From a virus (lineage: Duplodnaviria; Caudoviricetes), in IMG/VR virus record IMGVR_UViG_3300010347_002030: a DNA stretch of 64,000 nucleotides; one strand, written 5' to 3'. Every line of letters starts with the position of its first letter. Positions within the stretch are counted from its first letter, which is position 1. Under the pieces are notes generated by a model. That model worked only from the letters and a program-made list of their open reading frames with translations. It ran no database searches and had not been told where the DNA came from. Positions 9,480 to 18,946 of this stretch are shown here, in pieces. Made by a program: the position numbers and the translations under genes.

Positions 9480-11701
9480 GTGACAATCCGATTTATTCGG
9501 ATTTTTGGCTGGATAAGGAGAAGTACTCGGATTATATTGACCCGAGTCCTGAAAACAAAGACCAAGCGTTTTCAATTGACCTTATTCAGTTAGCTTCGGT
9601 TCGGAGAATCATCTCGAATTACGTGGATATTCTCACGGGAACTTCTGTACCCGTTTTTTTCAAAGCCGCTGGCGACAGTTATAATGTTGGTGGGAAAGAA
9701 ATTTACATAACCACAGCCATTAAACGGCGAAAAGATTTCGACCAAGCAGTCGGATTGGCGTTGCATGAAGCTGCCCACACCCTGCTCACTGATTTTGATC
9801 TTGCCAGAAGTATTCCGTTTAGAACTCCAAAAGTCATTTGGGAGTTCGGTAGAAAAAACAATATCAAAAAACAGACATTGGAAAAGTTCCTCAAGACAAT
9901 GTTTAACATCATTGAGGATTGGTATATTGACGATTGGGTAATTTCTCGTGTGCCGGGATATTTGGGTTATTACGAAGCGTCTTACAACGTCTGTTTTAAT
10001 ACACCGACAATTGACCAATTGCTTTTGAGCAATGAATATCGATTTCCGAGTCTTGCTTCTTATGAGTTTCGTATTATCAATTTTCCAAACCCTCTTACTG
10101 ATCTTCAAGCTTTACCGGGATTGGAAGAAATTGCAAAAACCATTGGTATTTCGTCGATTTCTCGGTTGACGACAACAAAGGATAGGATTGCGGTCATGTT
10201 CAAAGTGGTGGAATTGGTTTTGGAAAATATTCAACAGTATCACGAGAAATTGCTTCCGCAGGCAACTCAGGGAAAACAAGGAAAACCACGATTGAACGTT
10301 GATGTCTTTTTTCAACCACAAAAAAACCCAAAAAAAGAAAAAGATCCAAACGGAAACCAATCGGGTCAGAAGGGAGACTCGGACAATGACTCGATTTCTG
10401 GAGGGGGCGATAAACAAGATCAAGCCAATCAAAACGACCAAAAGAGTCAAGAACCGAAAAACAAATCGGATAGTGACAAGACGATTCAGGACATTGTTGA
10501 TACGTTAGGCGATAGGCCAAAACAGCCCGATGATGAAAATAAGGCAATGGCATCTCAGGTTAGCAAATCGGCTGAAAAAGAACTTCCAAAGGAAATTATC
10601 AAAGCCGTCGAACAACAAATTCAGTACGTCCACGGAAACCATACGAAAGAAGAACTCAATCCCGTTCAGAAAAACATGCTGGACTTGATTGAGAAACATG
10701 GTATTATTTTGGTTTACGTCCCGGTGGCTATTCAGGGAAACGAAACTGCATTTCGTGTGGGCTGTATCGTGGTTAAAAAGTTAACAATGGATTTGATTAT
10801 GGCGGGTCCAGACGTATTCCCAATGTCTAATTTTTGGAAGGATATCAATGGAAAAATTCAACCAGATGCAGAGACAGCCAAAGCGGTTCAAAAAGGAATA
10901 CAGCTTGGGACGAAGCTTGGTAAGCGTCTTATTATTCGAAGAGAGTCAAGTAATTTTCGAGAGATCAGAAAGAAACGTGGTAAAATAAACAAGCGGCTTC
11001 TTTTCTCGGCTGGTTTCGATGCCGAAGATATTTTTGAGAAGATTCGAGTCTCTAAATATACTCGTGGAAGCTTGCACATTACTGTGGATGCCAGCACTTC
11101 AATGACTGGAGAGAAATGGCATGAAACGATTTCCATGTGTGTGGCTATTTGTAAGGCAACCTCCATGGTGGACAATATTCACGTTACGGTTTCGTTCAGA
11201 GCTACCAAGAACGCTCATGGTGTGGAGATGCCTTACATTGTTCAAGCCTACGATTCTAAAACAGATAAATTTTCAAAAGTCAAAAACCTATTCAGGTATT
11301 TGAAACCCTGTGGTTGTACTCCCGAAGGATTGGCATTTGGGGCTATTATGGACCTCTTTACTGAGGCAGTTCCAGATGAAGAAGACAGATACTTTTTGAA
11401 TATTTCAGACGGGGAACCTTATTTCCAAATGAAGTCTCCCCTGACTGGAACAACATTTTTTTATGGGGATGGTAATGGGGTTGAACATACTAGAAATCAA
11501 ATAAACAAAATTCGTCGTTGCGGTGTACATATTCTTAGTTACTATGTTCAATCTGAGTGTTATTCATCCGTTTTAGGAAAAGATCATGACACCAAAAGAA
11601 ATTTCCAACTCATGTATGGGAAAGACGCTCGATTTATAAAAACGGATAGTGTGATTGCATTGGCTAAAACGATCAATGAACTTTTTCTACAGACACACTA
11701 A
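9476..11701 (+). CDS. VWA-domain protein with N-terminal HEXXH metallopeptidase-like domain (CobT-like partner)
   Basis: LHEAAH, NIIED, low-complexity linker, MIDAS DASTS, TPEG, ISDGEP. Confidence 0.85.
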   Translation: MSDNPIYSDFWLDKEKYSDYIDPSPENKDQAFSIDLIQLASVRRIISNYVDILTGTSVPVFFKAAGDSYNVGGKEIYITTAIKRRKDFDQAVGLALHEAAHTLLTDFDLARSIPFRTPKVIWEFGRKNNIKKQTLEKFLKTMFNIIEDWYIDDWVISRVPGYLGYYEASYNVCFNTPTIDQLLLSNEYRFPSLASYEFRIINFPNPLTDLQALPGLEEIAKTIGISSISRLTTTKDRIAVMFKVVELVLENIQQYHEKLLPQATQGKQGKPRLNVDVFFQPQKNPKKEKDPNGNQSGQKGDSDNDSISGGGDKQDQANQNDQKSQEPKNKSDSDKTIQDIVDTLGDRPKQPDDENKAMASQVSKSAEKELPKEIIKAVEQQIQYVHGNHTKEELNPVQKNMLDLIEKHGIILVYVPVAIQGNETAFRVGCIVVKKLTMDLIMAGPDVFPMSNFWKDINGKIQPDAETAKAVQKGIQLGTKLGKRLIIRRESSNFREIRKKRGKINKRLLFSAGFDAEDIFEKIRVSKYTRGSLHITVDASTSMTGEKWHETISMCVAICKATSMVDNIHVTVSFRATKNAHGVEMPYIVQAYDSKTDKFSKVKNLFRYLKPCGCTPEGLAFGAIMDLFTEAVPDEEDRYFLNISDGEPYFQMKSPLTGTTFFYGDGNGVEHTRNQINKIRRCGVHILSYYVQSECYSSVLGKDHDTKRNFQLMYGKDARFIKTDSVIALAKTINELFLQTH

Positions 11702-11707
11702 AAAGTC

Positions 11708-11736
11708 TTGACATTTTATAGGGTTTGTGGTAGATT
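11708..11736 (+). promoter_or_regulatory. Sigma70-like promoter
   Basis: TTGACA-17 nt-TAGATT with TG extension. Confidence 0.7.
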
Positions 11737-11798
11737 CATCAGCGACAATTGTAAAGTACGATTATCCTTAACAAAATAACCTCAGTAAAGTGAAGTTT

Positions 11799-12161
11799 AT
11801 GAATAAAAAAACAGAACGAAAAAACAAAACCAATCTCGTAGTTGAATGGCCAAAAACTCCATTTTTCACGATTATTGATGATCTTTTTGAATTGAATAAA
11901 GACGCTAAGCATATTACGCTTCGTGTTCGTTTGAACAAAGAGATTGAAGCAGGGCGAATCGCCGAAATTGGCTGTAAGACGGGAGAACAGGGAAGACCCA
12001 AGAAAGTGTATGCGTTTACACCTGTTCCTCAATCTACGTTAGATTTGGCTCGTCAACAAAATATCACCCTTGTTGACCAAAGCCGTCTCCAAAAGTTGGT
12101 GGCCGTTCCAGCAGTTTCTCCTTCATTAGTAACCCCACGTTCACAACCAGTCACGGCTTAA
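11799..12161 (+). CDS. Putative winged-helix DNA-binding protein
   Basis: FTIIDDL..TLRVRL..GRPKKVY wing-like pattern. Confidence 0.55.
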   Translation: MNKKTERKNKTNLVVEWPKTPFFTIIDDLFELNKDAKHITLRVRLNKEIEAGRIAEIGCKTGEQGRPKKVYAFTPVPQSTLDLARQQNITLVDQSRLQKLVAVPAVSPSLVTPRSQPVTA

Positions 12162-12183
12162 ATAATTCCCTCAAATATCATAG

Positions 12184-12405
12184 ATGAAAAAACGTAAGAC
12201 TTCAAAATCTCTTCCATCTTCCCTAATTGCACTTAATATCTACGGCATATGGTCGAAGGAAGATAAACGAATCATCTTCGTCGGCCTAAATCAGGAAGAG
12301 GTTGAGGCAGAATATGAGTTTGAGGCGTATAACGAGGAAACTCATGTTATGGTTCAGATGATTACTTATTACGATATTAGTAATTTGGAATCACAAGCTC
12401 CGTAG
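12184..12405 (+). CDS. Hypothetical protein
   Basis: 73-aa ORF following the previous gene. Confidence 0.5.
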   Translation: MKKRKTSKSLPSSLIALNIYGIWSKEDKRIIFVGLNQEEVEAEYEFEAYNEETHVMVQMITYYDISNLESQAP

Positions 12406-12682
12406 GTTTTCCTTTGATTGGGTCTCCTTGTCGTTTGAGTTCTCCGTTGTCTTGAATACGATATATGAAGAGAGTGATTTCTTTCACGTTCTTGTCAAGT
12501 AACGTTACGAGCTTTTTAGGATCAGTTATCGCTACACGAACAAGGTTCTTGTTACCAAAGATGATAGCTTCATCCCATTGGGAATCAAACAATACCGCAT
12601 CCGTTCCAAGGAATATCATGTGAAAGGTATCCCCTTGTACATTATTCTTTTTGGAAGGGTTCAAAACTCGCTTAACAAGCAT
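12377..12682 (-). CDS. Hypothetical protein
   Basis: Start reassigned to MLVKRV, 3 nt after TATTTATA on the minus strand. Confidence 0.6.
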   Translation of the reverse strand: MLVKRVLNPSKKNNVQGDTFHMIFLGTDAVLFDSQWDEAIIFGNKNLVRVAITDPKKLVTLLDKNVKEITLFIYRIQDNGELKRQGDPIKGKPTELVIPNY

Positions 12683-12685
12683 AGA

Positions 12686-12693
12686 TATAAATA
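12686..12693 (-). promoter_or_regulatory. TATTTATA motif (putative late promoter)
   Basis: TATTTATA-tct-ATG. Confidence 0.6.
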
Positions 12694-12755
12694 GTGTAAA
12701 AAGTTGATGTTTTAGCTCTTTCATGATATACATATCAACAATGAAGTGACCAAGT

Positions 12756-12914
12756 ATGGGTAAAACATTTAGAAGAAACGAAGGTCGCCGTCCAAAGTGG
12801 AACAAACGTGGGAAGAAACCCCACAAAATCCGTGAGTTTGAAGACGAGCGTCACAAAAAACCAACACATTATCTCCCTCCGTTGCCACCAGACGAAGATG
12901 ATGAAATGACCTAA
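12756..12914 (+). CDS. Small basic protein (52 aa), not in the ORF track
   Basis: MGKTFRRNEGRRPKWNKRGKK...PPDEDDEMT; fills the gap before 12928. Confidence 0.6.
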   Translation: MGKTFRRNEGRRPKWNKRGKKPHKIREFEDERHKKPTHYLPPLPPDEDDEMT

Positions 12915-12927
12915 CCAGAAATCCAAG

Positions 12928-13221
12928 ATGCTGGCGTTGATTTTCATAGGGGTTTTTTTGTTACTTGGATTGGGTGGTTATCTAATCTGGGCAATGCAAC
13001 AAAAACTAGAGAAGGTGGCTCAACAAGTACTTGAACTATCTTCAAAGGTCAGATCTGGAGAAGATGTCATCGCAGACAATTTTGAAATAGTCGAAAAACG
13101 TTTCGCAAAACTGGACCATGAAATCAAAGAAGGCCGAAACTTCCGGCCAAACACCAAAGCAGCGATTAAAGCCGCAAGGCTCCAAAAAGCAAGAGAGCAA
13201 CTCCAAGCTAGGTCTATTTGA
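12928..13221 (+). CDS. Membrane-anchored hypothetical protein
   Basis: N-terminal TM helix followed by coiled coil. Confidence 0.55.
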   Translation: MLALIFIGVFLLLGLGGYLIWAMQQKLEKVAQQVLELSSKVRSGEDVIADNFEIVEKRFAKLDHEIKEGRNFRPNTKAAIKAARLQKAREQLQARSI

Positions 13222-13654
13222 CCATGTAAAGCATATTCGGGGAGTTCAAGACCCGAAATACTTTGAGAATCTTTCAGAAGAAAACCGGAAGTCATTCAAT
13301 CACTTCATGCTTCTTAGGGCCTTGGCAATGGATGATGATATCGTCCAAGATATGGCATTTCTTTATCGTTATTTTCATCTCATTCCTTCACCTCAGTTCT
13401 ACAAGGTTCTAATTGCTCTCACGCCAAAGCAAAACAAATGGGTTCCTTGGATTAAAACCAAGGTAGTGAAACATAATCCAGATCTCTTGGCACTTGTTGC
13501 GAAAACTTATGATGTTTCAAAACGGCAAGCAAATGAATATATCAACGTTCTCACTGCTACTGATGAGGGACTGGAAAAGTTAATCGAACTTTGTCAGGCA
13601 ATGGGACTAAGTGATTCAGAAATCGAAAAACTGTTTGATAAAAAGGAAGCATGA
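13118..13654 (+). CDS. Clamp loader small subunit, T4 gp62-like
   Basis: FNHFMLLRALAM..QFYKVL..KWVPWIK..YDVSKRQANEY pattern typical of gp62 homologs. Confidence 0.7.
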   Translation: MKSKKAETSGQTPKQRLKPQGSKKQESNSKLGLFDHVKHIRGVQDPKYFENLSEENRKSFNHFMLLRALAMDDDIVQDMAFLYRYFHLIPSPQFYKVLIALTPKQNKWVPWIKTKVVKHNPDLLALVAKTYDVSKRQANEYINVLTATDEGLEKLIELCQAMGLSDSEIEKLFDKKEA

Positions 13655-14304
13655 AAATTATCGGAGTAGCTGGATATGCACGAGCAGGCAAGGATACGTT
13701 TACGTCCATTGCTTTAGACATCCTAAATAAAAACGGTATTAAAGCCAAACAATACAGTTTCGCTGAGACATTAAAAGAGGAAGTGAAAGAGTTCCTTCAA
13801 AAGAATTGTGGTGTGGATGTTTATACACAGGATACCGAACTTAAAAAAGACATTCGAGATTTTCTTGTGTGGTATGGAACTACGTTCTGGCGAAAACGTG
13901 ATCCGAACCGTTGGATTCGTAGGGTTGACAGCCAACTGAAATCCGATGGTAATGCGATTGACATTGCAATCGTTTCAGATGTTCGCTACTCTAATGAATG
14001 TGAATGGATCCATTCTTGGGGTGGTTATTTGGTTCATATCACTGCTTATAGAATGTGCAGTGGGACGCAATACGATTCGGCTGGACGGAGGGTTGAACAT
14101 CGAGAATGGAGACAGTATTATGATGCTCCAAACGAACAAGAACGTATTAACGACCCTTTGGTAAAAGCACAAGCGGATTATAAATTGGAATGGCCAGTGA
14201 AAGGATTGGGTCTAAAGGAAGCTGTGGCTGATACCGAATTGAGAATAGAAGTTCTCAAAGCATTAAACGCAAATTCGTGGTTTAACGCCGTATTGACCCT
14301 ATAA
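13651..14304 (+). CDS. Deoxynucleoside monophosphate kinase (T4 gp1-like)
   Basis: IIGVAGYARAGKDT, SFAETLK, VSDVRYSNE. Confidence 0.85.
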   Translation: MKIIGVAGYARAGKDTFTSIALDILNKNGIKAKQYSFAETLKEEVKEFLQKNCGVDVYTQDTELKKDIRDFLVWYGTTFWRKRDPNRWIRRVDSQLKSDGNAIDIAIVSDVRYSNECEWIHSWGGYLVHITAYRMCSGTQYDSAGRRVEHREWRQYYDAPNEQERINDPLVKAQADYKLEWPVKGLGLKEAVADTELRIEVLKALNANSWFNAVLTL

Positions 14305-14572
14305 CAATTCCGTCTTGATAAAAGGTAATTCCATGTCCCTGAGCGTAAGTTAGGAACTGAGGGGCAAATAATTTTGTGATAGTTCCTACGGCTCTGGCAT
14401 AAAGAGCTTTGCAATTGTTGTACACTTTTTGGCGGTCGTTTGCTTTCCAACAATTACATCCTCTTTCATAATCCATCACACAAATACAAGTGGCTTCGAT
14501 GTCTTTGTGAAGGGAACGGAACCCATGAGCATCGACATAGTTTCTGAATTCTGTAACGTTTTTGATGTCCAT
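14282..14572 (-). CDS. Hypothetical Cys-containing protein
   Basis: ATG directly after the upstream stop. Confidence 0.6.
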   Translation of the reverse strand: MDIKNVTEFRNYVDAHGFRSLHKDIEATCICVMDYERGCNCWKANDRQKVYNNCKALYARAVGTITKLFAPQFLTYAQGHGITFYQDGIVIGSIRR

Positions 14573-14573
14573 T

Positions 14574-14918
14574 TTAGCTAAGAAGTTTGTGGATGATCCC
14601 AAAGAGAATAAGACCTCCGATAAAGGATACTGGAAATATTGAGAGTTTCATAAACAATATCGCATTGATCATTGCGAGCCACATGGCCATGCAAATAGGA
14701 CAGGTGAGAAGTCTAATTATAAAACAATTGTGATACTGTCGAAGGTAGCCGTGATAGGTTAGAGAAACATCATCTTTTTTCTTCTCGTCGTAATCTTTGT
14801 ATTGGGAAATTCTGTTCAGTCCGAATAAACGGCAGTACTCAACATATGCCTCGGTTCTAAACCAAACAATCAGAAATAAGGATACAACGGAACTCGATAT
14901 TAAGATTGTTGCAATCAT
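14574..14918 (-). CDS. Small membrane protein, DUF1360-like
   Basis: TM helices and LLTCPICMAMW motif. Confidence 0.6.
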   Translation of the reverse strand: MIATILISSSVVSLFLIVWFRTEAYVEYCRLFGLNRISQYKDYDEKKKDDVSLTYHGYLRQYHNCFIIRLLTCPICMAMWLAMINAILFMKLSIFPVSFIGGLILFGIIHKLLS

Positions 14919-14921
14919 ATC

Positions 14922-16136
14922 TCATGAACTACCCACCCGCTCAAGCAGGTGGGTTTCCGCCCCAACCAACTGCCCGTTATTTCTAACAGGTCTTACGTCA
15001 GGACAGGCGACTAACCCCGTAGTTCCTACGGTTAAATTTAATCCTTGTCTCAGGATGTTTCGTGAAGCATTCAAATCTCTATCCAGTAGAGTTTGGCATC
15101 GTGGGCATTCCCATTCTCTCATATTCAATGAGAGATTTTCGTTAATATGTCCACAATGAGAGCAGGTTTTGGATGATGGAAAAAATCTATCTATTTTTAT
15201 TACTTTCCGACCATACCATCTTGCTTTATAGGTCAACTGCCTCACAAGTTCTCCCCAAGAAGCATCTCCAATGGATTTGGACAGACAACGATTTGCCATC
15301 ATATTCTTCACGGACAAATCCTCCAGACAAATTACTTGGTTTTCGTTAATCAGTTTGGATGTGATTTGGTGAAGGTGATTATGACGGATGTTGGCAATCT
15401 TCACTTGGAGTTTGCCGACTTTCAATCTTGCCTTGTCTCTGCCTTTGGAACCTTTCTTGGTTCTACTCAACGCTTGTTGTCTTGTCTTTAATAGTTTCTC
15501 ATACTTTTTGGTGGTCTTAATGTTAGGAAATTGTTGTCCATCGGAACATTGGACAAGAGATTTAATGCCTAAATCTATGCCAATAATCTTGTCTGCTTTG
15601 GGTTTGTGTTCAATGGTTCGGGTCACTCCGATACAGGCATAATACTGACCTGCTTTGTTCTTGGTGATTGTGGCATAGTTAATCTCACCTTTTACAGGTC
15701 TATGCTGGTCAATTCGGATGCCTTCCTTAAACTTTGGAAAGTATATCCTTCCATCTTCAATCGTAACAAATTGGGGAACACGAAATGACTGTTTGTTCTT
15801 CTTGGACTTAAATCGTGGAAACCTTGCCAGTTTCTTAAAGAACCTATTGTATGCTCCATCGAGATGCTTAATGGCGTGTTGAAGTGATTGGGCATTACAT
15901 TCATTCAACCATTTAGTTTCCTCTTTGGATTTGATTTGAGTTAGTTCCTTTGCCATGTCCACATAGGTTAATGTTTTCTTGGCAAGTTGTTTCTCTTTCG
16001 CTTCCAAGTAGAACTTGGTCTTACGGTCAAGGAATAGATTATACACATAACGAATGCTTCCGAAGTGTTTGGACAACAGAACTTCCTGCTCCTTAGTCGG
16101 AGTTAGGCGAAGTTTGTATGTATAATCCTGCTTCAT
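14922..16136 (-). CDS. tnpB: TnpB RNA-guided endonuclease
   Basis: N-terminal HTH, RuvC GIDLG / LEDL / DRDLNA, zinc finger CSHC..CPRC. Confidence 0.95.
   Translation of the reverse strand: MKQDYTYKLRLTPTKEQEVLLSKHFGSIRYVYNLFLDRKTKFYLEAKEKQLAKKTLTYVDMAKELTQIKSKEETKWLNECNAQSLQHAIKHLDGAYNRFFKKLARFPRFKSKKNKQSFRVPQFVTIEDGRIYFPKFKEGIRIDQHRPVKGEINYATITKNKAGQYYACIGVTRTIEHKPKADKIIGIDLGIKSLVQCSDGQQFPNIKTTKKYEKLLKTRQQALSRTKKGSKGRDKARLKVGKLQVKIANIRHNHLHQITSKLINENQVICLEDLSVKNMMANRCLSKSIGDASWGELVRQLTYKARWYGRKVIKIDRFFPSSKTCSHCGHINENLSLNMREWECPRCQTLLDRDLNASRNILRQGLNLTVGTTGLVACPDVRPVRNNGQLVGAETHLLERVGSS
14924..15100 (-). ncRNA. Predicted TnpB omega/reRNA scaffold (5' boundary uncertain)
   Basis: Inferred from known IS605 architecture: it overlaps the tnpB 3' end and right end; the guide would be the flank GAGATATGATTGCAAC. 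Confidence 0.45.
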
Positions 16137-16543
16137 CCTTGGGTCTTGATGTATTCCAAAATGGTTTGGGTAGATACGTCTCCCGTAGAGCAGACAAAGT
16201 ATCCGTCCGACCAGAATACGTGTTTCTTCCAGAAGTGTTGTTTCAACTCATTGGAATGATGCTTCCATATATTCCAAGTCGTCTCTTGTTTGAGATATTG
16301 GACTAAGGAAGTTGGAGACAGAGTAGGTGGAACATCAACTAACAGATGGATGTGGTCTTTATCGGTATTCATCATATCCACAATCACATCATTCTTTTTA
16401 CAAACATCCATACAGAACTGCTTAATATCGTCGTCAATTGCTCCTGTGAGGATTGCCTTACGATATTTCACTACAAATACGATGTGTAGTTTCAACAGAT
16501 ACTTACATCGGTTCTTTGTATGGTATTTCTTTATTCTACTCAT
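16133..16543 (-). CDS. tnpA: IS200-type Y1 HUH transposase
   Basis: HIVFVVKYR, DHIH (HUH), FWSDGYF, catalytic Tyr in EYI. Confidence 0.95.
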   Translation of the reverse strand: MSRIKKYHTKNRCKYLLKLHIVFVVKYRKAILTGAIDDDIKQFCMDVCKKNDVIVDMMNTDKDHIHLLVDVPPTLSPTSLVQYLKQETTWNIWKHHSNELKQHFWKKHVFWSDGYFVCSTGDVSTQTILEYIKTQG

Positions 16544-16733
16544 ACATATATTCCAGAAGTAGAAAGAGTATAACTATTTTCACCTTTCTTTACTGGTCGC
16601 ATTCATCCCATCCGCTGAAAGCAGATGGGTTTTCTGCTCCCGTCAAAGATAAATATCATTTGGCCTCATCAAAAAGAAATACTAGTTCTGATTTTCACTA
16701 CCAATAGACTAGCTGATTTTCTCAAAAACTTTC

Positions 16734-18008
16734 TTAACTCGTGGTTTGATTCTGATTGTTGTTATAAAGTTGTTCTACGTACCAAGGATCGTCAGCGTTG
16801 ATAAGTCGGTTTTGAATTGGATTGATGAATCGAATATCGAGGGTGAAAATATCGAATTCCATGATGCTTCCTTGTTCACCGGAATCTTGAATCATCAAAG
16901 GAAGCTGTTTAATGACTTCCATGTGTTGTTGAGTGAACTGTTTCCCGTCAAATGTAACAACAATATCGTTGTCTGGCGTTGCAGAAATAGGTTTCACCCG
17001 ACGATACATTTCAAATTTTGAAATTTCTTGTTGTCCTTCGATATAATCCTGTAGGATTGCCATCGGTAAGTCGGCGTAGATAGTATCACACCAAGGTTCA
17101 ATGAACTGCAATAATTGAACCGGACAGTTTTTCACGACGAATCCGATGTTATAACGTGGGTGAACGATTGGAAGCATGTTTTGATCGTGTAGAACATCCA
17201 TATGCCACTTTCTCCACCAGTCACGGAACTTGATTTGGCGAAGCTTTGTGTATTCTTCCGAATCGGCGGAACGTTTCCATACTTGTCCATTTCCAATTGG
17301 GATTTCTTGAACTATTTTGATTCCATCTTTGAATCGGCTTCCTCGGCAAGTCATGTGATATACAAAAGCATCCCTTGCTTGGAGGAGTTCGTATCCTTTG
17401 AGAAGAAAGCGATTGAACAAATCTGAATCTTCTAGTTCCATTGGTGCAAATACTCGTTTATCGTGGCCACCAATAGCAAAAAAATCCTCGACATACATAA
17501 TCCATGGAGCAAAAATTCCTTTTGTGGTTATTCCTGCATTGGTTTTTTGCTCTTGTTCAATGAAACGAAGAAACAAATCCTCTTTGAAATCTTCGGGTTC
17601 CATTCCCATGTCGATGACATATTTTTCTGGTCCCGGTGGATGTAATGGTGGTTCTATTCTTGTTCCGGAAATGACTCTACCACGCCGCAAATGTCTCATC
17701 ATTCGTTCTACATAATTTGGTCCTGCAATCATGTCGGCATGAAAAATTCCGAAGACTTCGTTGGCGGCCATTTTGGCTCCAAGGTCATATAAAACAGTGT
17801 GTCCAACCCGTTCTGGTCCTTCATTGCGAGAAACTTTCACATTTTGATCTTGTGTTTTTTGGTTTAACATCCAATCCCATGTGCCGTCTGTCGATGCATC
17901 ATCCAATAGAATGACTTCCACATCTGGGCCAAGATGCTTACGAATACTATTGTAGGCAAACCTTACATACTTAAGATTGTTCCGTGATGGTATAACGAGT
18001 GTTAGCAT
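16734..18008 (-). CDS. Glycosyltransferase family 2
   Basis: LVIPSRN, LDDASTDGT, HAD, GGHD..EDSD. Confidence 0.88.
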   Translation of the reverse strand: MLTLVIPSRNNLKYVRFAYNSIRKHLGPDVEVILLDDASTDGTWDWMLNQKTQDQNVKVSRNEGPERVGHTVLYDLGAKMAANEVFGIFHADMIAGPNYVERMMRHLRRGRVISGTRIEPPLHPPGPEKYVIDMGMEPEDFKEDLFLRFIEQEQKTNAGITTKGIFAPWIMYVEDFFAIGGHDKRVFAPMELEDSDLFNRFLLKGYELLQARDAFVYHMTCRGSRFKDGIKIVQEIPIGNGQVWKRSADSEEYTKLRQIKFRDWWRKWHMDVLHDQNMLPIVHPRYNIGFVVKNCPVQLLQFIEPWCDTIYADLPMAILQDYIEGQQEISKFEMYRRVKPISATPDNDIVVTFDGKQFTQQHMEVIKQLPLMIQDSGEQGSIMEFDIFTLDIRFINPIQNRLINADDPWYVEQLYNNNQNQTTS

Positions 18009-18946
18009 ATGGATGTAAACCTCCATTTGTAATGGTCCACGATAGATGGGAGAGCTTTGTCGAATTCTTGATGATTAGTCCATCCTGTGGATTTCAGTTT
18101 TGAACAATCAACACTATAACGAACATCCTGTCCCGCTCTGGTGAAATTGAAATCACAATAAGGTGTGATATCATCACTATCCGTTAGAAGTTTTACCACT
18201 TTCTGGGCGACGACGAGGTTGGATTCTTCATAGTTCCCACCAATGTTGAATATTTGATTTCTTAAATCGTTTTTGATGATGTGAATAATAGCGTCGGCGG
18301 TATCGGCGACATGAAGCCATGTTCTTCTTGGAGTTCCTTGATTATGAAGTGGGAATTTTCCTTTTTGGATTACAGCTTTGCATATGCATGGAATGAGTTT
18401 CTCCGGATATTGATAGCATCCATAGTTGTTCGTTGGACGAACTATTGTTGCCTCGATTCCGTAAGTTCTCGACCAAGCAGAAATCAACATATCAGCCGCC
18501 GCTTTGGTTGCAGAATATGGATTACTTGGTTTCAGAGCATCTGTTTCCGTATGAGATCCTTCAACGATGTCTCCATAAACCTCATCGGTACTGAACTGGA
18601 GTAGTAAAGGTTTCCATTTTGATTTCGTAATTAAGTTAAGGAGGTTGTGAACTCCATATACATTTGAATCAATGAATTCTTTACTGGAAGCAATGGAATT
18701 ATCTACATGAGTTTCTGCGGCAGTATTGATGATTATGTCACAAGGCCATAGGGTATTCAGATCTTTGATATCTTTTTCCCAAAACTGAAAATTTGGTTCC
18801 CGACTAAAGACTTCTAACATACCAAGATTGGCAGCATAGGTTTTCTTGTCCACGCCATGAACAAACCATCCCTGATCTAGACATTTTTGAACGATGTGGA
18901 CCCCAATAAACCCGAGACACCCCGTCACATAAACTATTTTTTTCAT
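18002..18946 (-). CDS. rmlB: dTDP-glucose 4,6-dehydratase-like SDR
   Basis: GCLGFIG, AAETHVD, STDEVYG, YSATK, NNYG..QYPEKLIP. Confidence 0.88.
   Translation of the reverse strand: MKKIVYVTGCLGFIGVHIVQKCLDQGWFVHGVDKKTYAANLGMLEVFSREPNFQFWEKDIKDLNTLWPCDIIINTAAETHVDNSIASSKEFIDSNVYGVHNLLNLITKSKWKPLLLQFSTDEVYGDIVEGSHTETDALKPSNPYSATKAAADMLISAWSRTYGIEATIVRPTNNYGCYQYPEKLIPCICKAVIQKGKFPLHNQGTPRRTWLHVADTADAIIHIIKNDLRNQIFNIGGNYEESNLVVAQKVVKLLTDSDDITPYCDFNFTRAGQDVRYSVDCSKLKSTGWTNHQEFDKALPSIVDHYKWRFTSIC

Larger units (their letters stand above)
14924..16648 (-). mobile_element. IS200/IS605-family element (tnpA+tnpB), target site TTAT/TTTAT
   Basis: LE hairpin 16607-16629 with guide AAAA at +16..+19 after TTAT; RE hairpin 14932-14953 with guide GAAA and terminal TCAT. 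Confidence 0.9.

Noticed and set aside
16642-16646. TTGAC as the IS target motif
   Set aside because: Guide pairing and the +16..+19 spacing fit TTAT instead
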